NCBI GenBank assembly: GCA_050250255.1
Contig: JBFWOZ010000048.1
Span: 1-19,615 of the forward strand
Reading direction: 5' to 3'
Source of the DNA: Bdellovibrionales bacterium
Lineage (GTDB): Bacteria; Bdellovibrionota; Bdellovibrionia; Bdellovibrionales; DASUEL01
Length of the DNA: 19,615 bases
The notes below the pieces were generated by a model. The model searched no databases. It saw nothing but the letters and a program-made list of their open reading frames with translations, and was not told where the DNA came from. A program made the translations under genes and the position numbers. The first letter of the stretch is position 1. Each line of letters starts with the position of its first letter. Shown here one piece after another: positions 9,201-16,241 of the stretch.

Positions 9201-9900
9201 CGTTTTGGGTGTTATGACGGGAGTCGTTGCGGAATCTTGGTTTAAGCTTCAGCAAGACGAATTGAACGAAGGAAAGTTCAATGATGTGCCTACGGGAGCC
9301 GATGCCAAAAAATCTTATTGGAGTTGGTTCTTTAAAAAGACCTTCAAAAATCCTGAAAACTCAGTTTGGCGCAATCACAAACATTTTGTGAAGATTATGT
9401 GGTCGAATATGCGAGCCGCTCTTACGTGGACCGTTGTTACAGGAATGCTGACGTTAGGTCGTTTTGATTTGGATTCGTACATCGTTGGGTACATGACGAG
9501 TTATTTGCTGCCAATGACGGGGATTGCTTTTAAGTTGGAACAAGGTTTTGAACTTTCGAGTCAGTACTTCGCTAAAAGTTTTAAGAGAGAACATTTGGCG
9601 CATCCTCTTGTGATCAAATATGTCAACACCATGGCTCTTAAGAAACGTTTCGTTTTTAACTTCTATTACAAAATCTACGAGAATATCACTGCGAATCTTA
9701 TATGGGCTTGGACGATGATGGATTCAGTGACCTACGGAAGCCGTGGGTTCTCTCGAATCTTAACGGGAGGAAGCAGCTTCACTCGTCTCGCCATCGATAA
9801 GTTAGATGCGGTGGCTGAAGCCGGAAGTTCTATTCCTGGTTTTAAACCCATGGTGAGAGCTTGCTCGCGAGTCTTTTCGAATAATTTTAAAGGCTTGTAA
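6271..9900 (+). CDS. Large (~1200 aa) exported polytopic membrane hypothetical protein
   Basis: Uninterrupted 3.6-kb ORF with signal peptide (KAVRLILIFALAWPPTFSYA|QE), about 7-8 hydrophobic segments and helical Q/E/K-rich linkers. Start is ATG 6271 or GTG 6283 rather than TTG 6223. Confidence 0.85.
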   Translation: MGFVVSKAVRLILIFALAWPPTFSYAQEQEPTPNNFRIFDLQTPVEAPESESKSEIAEQLFKIIKTGRGSHSLDTFQLLNQYAIGRSQAVDPEALSVEVVDLAGNVVETLSARSQKFFNSTSKEFEFRITYQGNLLHIFHVPVQSIGFYGNKLVFVKQNETQNISFIDLEFFKGALGKSELAIFNVPTFGENISELNLFEKQLSLPEKKLDQKVFELFSQVQQVAFNMTVLMADPKQAQAAVPLQEHFQAYFEKTVELHGESVVDQVASSEEYKAKLQEWTQAQSKQFGALTPQTVLAFIEEYEFKNPRLRELAQKYADGALDLKSFVSQASVLDARFVEALAIYSLQSRVSEAAQKTAQQIKLQKKLLNRVQLILALGLLPRPTGATSIKQALAAIAAGFSTNGIVLSDESVKENVLQILNHKGIRLGAGIAVGLGLGFAFPEQSSQFFYGSLDLTRTVFEGLWGKAKDISFLGMEAFKTTMDGLNLQRSFDVYTHPDTFSKFQVGLVAIVGILYAALGIPHLMVNGTQAVRDISKTYPQFREREGSVRRAVLAAFIDRQNQLEQKFQQEISERELKESGRLGYKFSAQDETEVIAKIKELETQEQPGVLSRWVENVKASSFYQKWTRQSDEKIESFGQAMRHFLFSFCSLSSSVRQFTRFWQGWFAIRSFVWFPATSAVALTYPNFYKVASEQRLPTKLNGGLTTRSEKMNEIEYQKHFRMFSDRDYLNEFKEWEERILEVEAKFHEHAIKKAFMATIKTTPSVNELQKFIQNGAPQGLTDDSIDRLSLKQKMFFRTYYQNYVEEAIRLFLVDVASRAEFPQLNAETTTAEELKRVTLQRPELISLDPASSEKYLTQVQDTKVFAQTQQQIRETNLAQTASRVIIDRARTKLDPKKNEVVARMKVVERQSQNPAAILRATRAMITSNIIDKPMELFFNFVCLSAIASGVMQPVQPEMFSENSWFHLSRMVFFNGYVLGVMTGVVAESWFKLQQDELNEGKFNDVPTGADAKKSYWSWFFKKTFKNPENSVWRNHKHFVKIMWSNMRAALTWTVVTGMLTLGRFDLDSYIVGYMTSYLLPMTGIAFKLEQGFELSSQYFAKSFKREHLAHPLVIKYVNTMALKKRFVFNFYYKIYENITANLIWAWTMMDSVTYGSRGFSRILTGGSSFTRLAIDKLDAVAEAGSSIPGFKPMVRACSRVFSNNFKGL

Positions 9901-10444
9901 GCGAGTACTGGAAAAACCACCAAATAAATCCGAAAGAAAAAATCAATTTCAGTGGATCTGGTTTTTTCTTAACATAAACCCAAATAAAGATGGCGCCAAT
10001 CGCGAGAGCGACGGTTCGACTGATCCATAAAAACTGTTCGTTGTAGGTTTGCCACCACCAAATATTAAGCGTCGAGGAGGCAAGAAGTCCTACGATCACG
10101 GGTCGTACGGAAACTTCAAACTTTTTCATCCATATTTTTTCGCGTAAAGAGTGATAGCTTAAGAAGGCGGCGATCATAATAAAAACAGGCCCAAGATAAA
10201 TACCAACAAATCCTGCAATCATTCCGGTCCAACCGGCCACCCAATATCCAACCAACGGGCACATCGCCATGTTAGGACCCGGCACAAATTGAGCCATCAC
10301 ATAAGATTGAATGAATTGATCATGTGTGAGCCAACCATGCTCGAGTACAATCATGCGCTCTAGCTCTGGAAGAACCCCAAAGACTCCACCGAAGGAGAGA
10401 AAGCTGATTTTAAAAAAGACCCAAAATATTTCAAACTCAATCAT
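9887..10444 (-). CDS. Short-chain chromate transporter (CHR family), second subunit
   Basis: FFKISFLSFGGVFG, AQFVPGPN and GYWVAG motifs. True start MIEFEIF at ATG 10444 overlaps the upstream stop (ATGA). Confidence 0.88.
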   Translation of the reverse strand: MIEFEIFWVFFKISFLSFGGVFGVLPELERMIVLEHGWLTHDQFIQSYVMAQFVPGPNMAMCPLVGYWVAGWTGMIAGFVGIYLGPVFIMIAAFLSYHSLREKIWMKKFEVSVRPVIVGLLASSTLNIWWWQTYNEQFLWISRTVALAIGAIFIWVYVKKKPDPLKLIFSFGFIWWFFQYSLTSL

Positions 10445-11022
10445 GGAATCACCCACTCGGCGATGAGGCTTATTCCTAGACCAATGAGTAAAATCTGGGA
10501 GAGCGGAACATGATTGAGAGAGGCGTAACCCACACAAAAAGCGATAACGAATCGAGCGGTAATTTTTAGAGCCGAAGTTTTTTTGTTCTTGTTGGAAGAC
10601 TTCAGAAGTCCCTTCACAAAACGTAAGAGGAAAATCAAAAAAATCGTGGCGCTGGCAATCGAAAAACCTTTAAAGAGCCAACCCACATGAATGTTGCTTA
10701 AATCTACGAGAGCATTCACAAGTAGAATGACCGCTACACCAGGAAGAGCGAGAGCGACCAGGCCCAAGAGAGCGGAGCTGTAACCTGAAAGACGAAAGCC
10801 AAGATAAAGAGAGAGATTGACGAGATTGGGTCCGGGCACGAGTTGAGAAATCGTGAGAATTTCTTGGAACTCGCTTTCCTCCATCCATTTGTAATGTTCG
10901 ATGACGGCATCTTGATAGAGAAGAACGCGTCCGCCCCCACCAAAACTTAAAGCCCCAATTTTTAAATTTAAATAGAACCAATCTCTTAAGGAAACCGTTT
11001 TTGTAGGTCCTTGAGAGATCAT
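10441..11022 (-). CDS. Short-chain chromate transporter (CHR family), first subunit
   Basis: LKIGALSFGGG and SQLVPGPN..N motifs. ATGA overlap with the pip stop. Confidence 0.88.
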   Translation of the reverse strand: MISQGPTKTVSLRDWFYLNLKIGALSFGGGGRVLLYQDAVIEHYKWMEESEFQEILTISQLVPGPNLVNLSLYLGFRLSGYSSALLGLVALALPGVAVILLVNALVDLSNIHVGWLFKGFSIASATIFLIFLLRFVKGLLKSSNKNKKTSALKITARFVIAFCVGYASLNHVPLSQILLIGLGISLIAEWVIP

Positions 11023-11966
11023 TTCAGCCCTTTAAAATCCTCGGTGGCCGCGATCAGTGCATTTAAAATACCGGGCTCGTTGTAGGCATGGCCTGCATCG
11101 GGAATGATCTGAAGTTTTGATTCTGGCCATACCCGGTGCAAATCCCAGGCGCTCTTTACAGGACAAACCACATCGTAGCGTCCATGAACAATGATTGCGG
11201 GAATGTGTTTTATTTTTGAAACATCATTGAGCAGTTGATCAGGTTTAAACCAACTATCGTGTAAGAAATAATGACATTCGATACGGGCAAGTGACACGGC
11301 GGTTTGATCTGCGCTGAAGGTGGCGATCATCTCATCGTTGGGAAGAAGGCTGAGCGTTGAGCCCTCCCATGTGGACCAGGCGCGAGCCGCTTCTAAGCGC
11401 ACGTTTTCTTCGGGGCTTGTGAGTCTTTTGTAGTAAGCCCTTACCATTTGGTGGCGTTCTTCGGGAGGAATTGGCGCAACATATTTTTCCCAGAGGTCAG
11501 GAAAAATTTGTTCGGCTCCATCTTGGTAGAACCACTCGATTTCGCTAGGCCGACACATGAAAATACCACGAAGAATAAGGCCAGTGACTTTTTGAGGATG
11601 AGTTTGGGCGTAGGCGAGAGCTAGTGTGCTTCCCCAAGACCCTCCAAACACTAACCAACGTTCAATGTCGAGATGTTTTCGTAGCTTCTCCATGTCTTCA
11701 ACAAGATCCCAAGTTGTGTTCTCTTTTAGCTCGGCAAAAGGCGTACTTTTACCTGCGCCTCGCTGATCAAAAAGAACGATGCGGTAATGTTTGGGATCAA
11801 AAAGCCTGCGATGGCTTTTAGAAATGCCTCCGCCCGGGCCCCCATGCAAAAAGACAACAGGTTGTCCTTTGGGATTTCCCACTTCCTCGACATAGAGTTC
11901 GTGAAGTAAAGAAGCTTTGAAGCGAAAGGAATTATAGGGTTCGATTTCTGGAAATAGTTGGCGCAT
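11019..11966 (-). CDS. pip: Proline iminopeptidase (alpha/beta hydrolase, S33)
   Basis: HGGPGGG oxyanion motif, DQRGAGKSTP, nucleophile GGSWGS, GRYDVVCP (Asp) and DAGH (His). Confidence 0.95.
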   Translation of the reverse strand: MRQLFPEIEPYNSFRFKASLLHELYVEEVGNPKGQPVVFLHGGPGGGISKSHRRLFDPKHYRIVLFDQRGAGKSTPFAELKENTTWDLVEDMEKLRKHLDIERWLVFGGSWGSTLALAYAQTHPQKVTGLILRGIFMCRPSEIEWFYQDGAEQIFPDLWEKYVAPIPPEERHQMVRAYYKRLTSPEENVRLEAARAWSTWEGSTLSLLPNDEMIATFSADQTAVSLARIECHYFLHDSWFKPDQLLNDVSKIKHIPAIIVHGRYDVVCPVKSAWDLHRVWPESKLQIIPDAGHAYNEPGILNALIAATEDFKGLK

Positions 11967-11972
11967 GAAAAG

Positions 11973-12005
11973 ACACTAACCTCGCCACTGAAAAGTGGCA
12001 AGGTT
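11973..12005 (-). promoter_or_regulatory. 12-bp palindrome overlapping a sigma70 promoter for pip; may also terminate slt
   Basis: Minus strand AACCTTGCCACT-TTTC-AGTGGCGAGGTT (one G-U). TTGCCA (12001-11996), 17 nt, TAGTGT (11978-11973), then 6 nt to the pip ATG. Confidence 0.55.
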
Positions 12006-12017
12006 GATTGCCCTTGG

Positions 12018-13721
12018 TCATGGCGTATTGGGAGATTTTGATTGACCCGATGTGTGAACGGCTAAGAGGTCCTGAACCAATTGGCTATGACGAGTGGGTT
12101 CGGAAACCTGTTCTGCCTTCTTAAAGGAAGTGAGAAGAGGGTCATTGTCATAGAGGCGATGGTACCAGTAGTTGTTACGCAAAATAGAGCCTACGTAGTT
12201 TCGTGTCTCTTTAAACGGAATCAAATCAATAAAGAGAGACATGTCACTTGTTGGATATCGACGGCGCCATTCTGGCACACGTCGAGGACCCGCGTTGTAC
12301 GCAGCAAGAGCGTATTCGACGGCTCCAAATTGATCGATCCAGTTACGAAGAAGTTTTGTTCCAATACGTACGTTTGTTTCAACATCAAAAAGGTTGGGGC
12401 GGCCGCGACGCCCATCTTTGTTGCGCGCGGTGATGGGGAGTACTTGCATCATGCCTTGAGCCCGTGCTGGAGATCTCGCTGTGGGATTAAACGCCGATTC
12501 CTGTCTAGCAAGGCCGAGCACCAGGAAAACATCTAAGCCGTTGGAGTTGCGATCAAAGGTTTCGTAATAAGGGGCCGGGTAAAGCATTTTTAAAACTTGG
12601 CTGCTCAAAATTTCTGGGTCTTTTACAACACGTTCCGTGAGGAATTTAATTGTGTTGTGATGGTAATCTTGGCCGGCTTTTAAGCTCGCAATATAGACTA
12701 CGACGGGAGCAGGAAGTGGCTCTTCGCTCTGAGCCACCATCCATTTGGTGTAGCGATCAGCGGCGGCAGGGCGGGCGATAAGGTAAAGAGACTCGAGCCA
12801 ACGAAGGTAGTCGGACACTTCGGTAGAGAGTCCTTCCATGGAGCGAGCTACGGTGATTTGTGAACGTGAATTAAATTTCTGAAGAGGGTCTTTCGCCTGC
12901 TCTCTCCATACTTGAAGAGCGTGATAGGTCAGAGGCTGTTTTTCTACAAGCTCTTTCCAAGCTTTGTTTTTTTCACTGGAGTTGTCGGTGAGGCGGCCGA
13001 GCCAATAGAGCACCCGTCCTTTCTCTTCGCTTGTCGTCGCTTGGGCCGCTAAGCGAATAGCCGCACGAGCTCCTTCATCGTTAGCAAATAACTTTCGAAG
13101 AAGCGCTTGTCTGTAGTGCGCGCCTTCGTAAGCTTTGTCTGAAGGTTGCAGGCACGCAGAGACATGGGTGTAGAGGGATTCCATTTTTTGGAATGTCTTG
13201 GTGGCGGGAAGATTTTCTTCAAGCTTCCTGGTGGCAGCGAGAGATAAATTGCGAGGGCAATCTGTAGACTGAGTTAAAATGTCGGCCCACTCCTCAACTT
13301 GGTTTGCCCTTTTTTTTGACAAAGCTTTTACAGCTAAAGGGTAGGAAAGATTTTGGTGCTTTAAAAGATTCTTTTTTGTTAAACGCGGTGTCGGTAGGCG
13401 TCTTGCTTTTTCTTCGTCCGTATTTTTCTGGCTTATTTTTGAAATGAGTAGACATAACTTTTCAAATTTTGTGGAAGGTTGGTCCGGGCAAGCTTTTGAG
13501 GCGTCGACTTTCTTTTCTAAAAAATCAGCGAGAATCGTCGCATTTTCTTTCATCTCTTCTTCAGTGAGTTGAAATTCGTTCCCAATCTGCATCAAAGTGA
13601 TTTTCACCACGTCATTGGCGGGTTTTCTCTCAAGATCTTGTTTTCCAGAATGAAAGCAAGAAACACAAATAAAAAGGGAGAGAAGGGGCGCCAAAGAGAA
13701 GATGTTTTTCGATAAATGCAT
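12018..13721 (-). CDS. Slt-family lytic transglycosylase, predicted lipoprotein with helical/TPR-like N-terminal region
   Basis: Lipobox-like FICVSC. SLT motifs LARQESAF (catalytic Glu), AQGMMQVLP, ALAAYNAG and IPFKETRNYV. Confidence 0.92.
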   Translation of the reverse strand: MHLSKNIFSLAPLLSLFICVSCFHSGKQDLERKPANDVVKITLMQIGNEFQLTEEEMKENATILADFLEKKVDASKACPDQPSTKFEKLCLLISKISQKNTDEEKARRLPTPRLTKKNLLKHQNLSYPLAVKALSKKRANQVEEWADILTQSTDCPRNLSLAATRKLEENLPATKTFQKMESLYTHVSACLQPSDKAYEGAHYRQALLRKLFANDEGARAAIRLAAQATTSEEKGRVLYWLGRLTDNSSEKNKAWKELVEKQPLTYHALQVWREQAKDPLQKFNSRSQITVARSMEGLSTEVSDYLRWLESLYLIARPAAADRYTKWMVAQSEEPLPAPVVVYIASLKAGQDYHHNTIKFLTERVVKDPEILSSQVLKMLYPAPYYETFDRNSNGLDVFLVLGLARQESAFNPTARSPARAQGMMQVLPITARNKDGRRGRPNLFDVETNVRIGTKLLRNWIDQFGAVEYALAAYNAGPRRVPEWRRRYPTSDMSLFIDLIPFKETRNYVGSILRNNYWYHRLYDNDPLLTSFKKAEQVSEPTRHSQLVQDLLAVHTSGQSKSPNTP

Positions 13722-13834
13722 GTCAACCTACCTTGTTCAAAAATTCTATGGTTTGGGAAGCTGTGTTGAAAGCGAAAAAATGCTGGAAAATCGGTGTTTA
13801 AAAGAACTCGACTCTTGTCTAGGTCGGCCAAGTG

Positions 13835-13862
13835 TTGACACCCAAAAAGTGGCTCATAAGAT
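13835..13862 (+). promoter_or_regulatory. Sigma70 promoter for tdk
   Basis: TTGACA (13835-13840), 16 nt, TAAGAT (13857-13862). Strong GGGGAGGG SD before ATG 13887. Confidence 0.5.
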
Positions 13863-13886
13863 AGAGCTGTTTTTAGGGGAGGGATA

Positions 13887-14519
13887 ATGTTTGATCCATC
13901 AGGATTTGGGCAAGGGTTTGGCCCATACGGTTCTATCGAAGTGATTTGTGGCTGCATGTTCAGCGGGAAAACCGAAGAGCTTTTGCGTCGTTTGCAGAGA
14001 GCTAAAATTGCTCGACAAAAAATTCAGATATTTAAGCCAACTATTGATGATCGCTATGAAAAAGAATTTGTGGTGTCCCATAACCAAAACAAAATTCTTT
14101 CTACTCCTGTTGCAAAGGCACAGGATATTCTTCGACTGTTAGAAGATTCCACGCGCGTCGTGGGCGTCGATGAAGCTCAGTTTTTTGATCCCTTTATTGT
14201 CGAAGCTGTAGAGCGCATGTCCAATCGCGGACTTCGCGTTTTAGTGGCAGGTCTTGATATGGATTATCTCGGTCAACCATTTGGGATGATGCCTCAGCTT
14301 ATGGCACTTGCCGAAAGCGTAACCAAGCTCTCGGCGATTTGCTCTACCTGCGGGATGCCGGCAACCCGTACTCAGCGAATGGGTCAGGAGACGGGCCAAG
14401 TGATCGTGGGGGCGTCAGGTCTTTATGAAGCTCGTTGCCGTAGACACCATCATGTGGTTGAAGCCATGATAACGTCGCCACCAGTGAGAACGTCGATAGA
14501 AAATTCCGCTTCCCTTTAA
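13887..14519 (+). CDS. tdk: Thymidine kinase (type II)
   Basis: P-loop GCMFSGKTEEL, FKP.IDDRY, GVDEAQFF, AGLDMDY.GQPF, and zinc site CSTC...CRRH. Confidence 0.96.
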   Translation: MFDPSGFGQGFGPYGSIEVICGCMFSGKTEELLRRLQRAKIARQKIQIFKPTIDDRYEKEFVVSHNQNKILSTPVAKAQDILRLLEDSTRVVGVDEAQFFDPFIVEAVERMSNRGLRVLVAGLDMDYLGQPFGMMPQLMALAESVTKLSAICSTCGMPATRTQRMGQETGQVIVGASGLYEARCRRHHHVVEAMITSPPVRTSIENSASL

Positions 14520-14542
14520 GAGGCTTTTTGATAGAAAGTCCT

Positions 14543-14623
14543 ATGACTTTTGAGAAGGCCATTAAGTTTCTATTTTGTATTCTCGCGGGATTGATTCTCT
14601 TTCTTCACTATTTCCAATCCTAG
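14543..14623 (+). CDS. Putative 26-aa single-helix membrane microprotein
   Basis: MTFEKAIKFLFCILAGLILFLHYFQS*, starting 23 nt after the tdk stop. Below the ORF-track length cutoff; SD is weak. Confidence 0.4.
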   Translation: MTFEKAIKFLFCILAGLILFLHYFQS

Positions 14624-14791
14624 TTTGTTTGCGCCCAGCCAAAGAGGACTAACAAAAATAGGCTCTGTTTTGCCATTATTTCGTCGAATAAACGAAGAGT
14701 TAGGGAGGAAGCGTTTCAAAGCGAACCCATTGCTTATAACTTCAAGTTAACTCACAGTTTCCCTGGAACAGAACTTGTATAAAACCGCAAC

Positions 14792-15565
14792 ATGACTTAC
14801 CTACGAGTTTTTAATTTATTGATTCTATTACTCACGCCTATGCTTGAGGCTCAGCAAATCAGAATGGTTAGATCCAAAGTCGATCCTGTCTATCAGATAC
14901 CGGGCGGTCACTTTGAGCTACAAACATCTGCGGATCCCGATGAACCATTTACAAGTGTGATTGTTCGCTTAAAAACCAATGAAGAAGAATTCACGTTAAA
15001 CGCGACACCTGAGCAACTATTTCGCGCAGCTAAGCCTCTTGATTTTTCCGCGTTACCTAAAAAAGATCTTTGTTGGATTAAAAAAGGAAATGTTTTCCAC
15101 GATGGGCATCAGGAAAACCATCATTACGGTACGCTCATGATTCGTAATACTTTCTTGGTACCTCAGCTTGCAGCTTTTCGCACACATTTGCCTCGGCGCG
15201 GACTATTTGAAGGTAAAGACGCGTCTCTGAGTACCGTGAAAGATTGGTTACTTGCGCGGCAGCTGGGCTTCGAAACTCAAGTCAATCCCAAACGCTATCC
15301 TTTAAATCCAGATCTTAAGTTAGAAGATATTTCGACAGTCATTGATTTCATCGACTATCACTTACAGTACCGTAATCGTTATAAAGACGATGATTATCCT
15401 AATCCAAATCACGCCATTCACGATCAGATGACCCTGCAAGGCATTTATCGCCAAATTGATGGTCTCATTGTAGTAAAATTGCAGCCGGTAACAATCAGAG
15501 AAAAACCGCATGTCACTTACTTAGTTTTTAAAGCTGACGAAGCTCGTGAGTGTAAAGCGTTGTGA
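14792..15565 (+). CDS. Secreted hypothetical protein, paralog A
   Basis: Signal peptide MTYLRVFNLLILLLTPMLEA|QQ. Shares motifs with the downstream ORF. Confidence 0.8.
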   Translation: MTYLRVFNLLILLLTPMLEAQQIRMVRSKVDPVYQIPGGHFELQTSADPDEPFTSVIVRLKTNEEEFTLNATPEQLFRAAKPLDFSALPKKDLCWIKKGNVFHDGHQENHHYGTLMIRNTFLVPQLAAFRTHLPRRGLFEGKDASLSTVKDWLLARQLGFETQVNPKRYPLNPDLKLEDISTVIDFIDYHLQYRNRYKDDDYPNPNHAIHDQMTLQGIYRQIDGLIVVKLQPVTIREKPHVTYLVFKADEARECKAL

Positions 15566-16239
15566 AACATCTAGTTGTTTTGTTGTTGTTCAATTTCGTG
15601 ACGGTTTCAGTTTGGGCTGCGACCTCAGAAGACTGTAAAAATACGATTTATCCTTTTTCTTGTTCTTATTTACGTGCTTTTGAAAATGCGAAGCCTCTTG
15701 ATTTAGAGTCTCTTCCTAAAAGAGAATTATGCTGGTCCCGCGTCGGTGGTGGGAGCGCCACCAACCTTCGTTACAATCTTCAGGCGCGACATTTTTATAA
15801 ACACGAAGCTGCAGAAAAAAGACAAAATGATGCGGGTGTTGAGTCTCAACACGCCGTTATTTATATCAACTTAAAGAAGCCTGTACCAACGGCATTTGGT
15901 TTTCCTTATGCATGGAACTTTGATGGTTTTTCAGGTTTGCTTGAAAGCACTTTTAGAAAAAACGCCGAGAAGAAAGCAAAAAAAGTTGCGAAAAAAACAG
16001 CAAGCCCATTGATCAGACGTGGATCCGACTGGGTGACTGAGCGATACGAAAAAATCACAAGAGGTGGCGAGAAGGTCATGACTAGTCGAGTGACGTACCG
16101 TCAGCTCGATGGTTTTCTCATCGCCGCTTATGATATTAATCCGCCTTACATAGGTTTTGAACCCGACTTTTTTTTGGAAGTCCCACTTGCGGACTACCAA
16201 TTAGATTGTAAGCGTTCAGACGACTCATCTGCTTATTAA
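15562..16239 (+). CDS. Secreted hypothetical protein, paralog B
   Basis: GTGA start/stop overlap with paralog A. Signal peptide MKHLVVLLLFNFVTVSVWA|AT. Confidence 0.8.
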   Translation: MKHLVVLLLFNFVTVSVWAATSEDCKNTIYPFSCSYLRAFENAKPLDLESLPKRELCWSRVGGGSATNLRYNLQARHFYKHEAAEKRQNDAGVESQHAVIYINLKKPVPTAFGFPYAWNFDGFSGLLESTFRKNAEKKAKKVAKKTASPLIRRGSDWVTERYEKITRGGEKVMTSRVTYRQLDGFLIAAYDINPPYIGFEPDFFLEVPLADYQLDCKRSDDSSAY

Positions 16240-16241
16240 AA

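Noticed and set aside
10445..10537. Extended N-terminus of the second CHR ORF
   Set aside because: It overlaps the upstream gene by about 97 nt; the ATGA-coupled start at 10444 fits the family.
12081..12536. 151-aa + strand ORF
   Set aside because: Antisense shadow of the SLT catalytic domain.
13604..13957. 117-aa minus-strand ORF
   Set aside because: It overlaps the starts of both slt and tdk and their divergent promoter region, and has no protein-like motifs.
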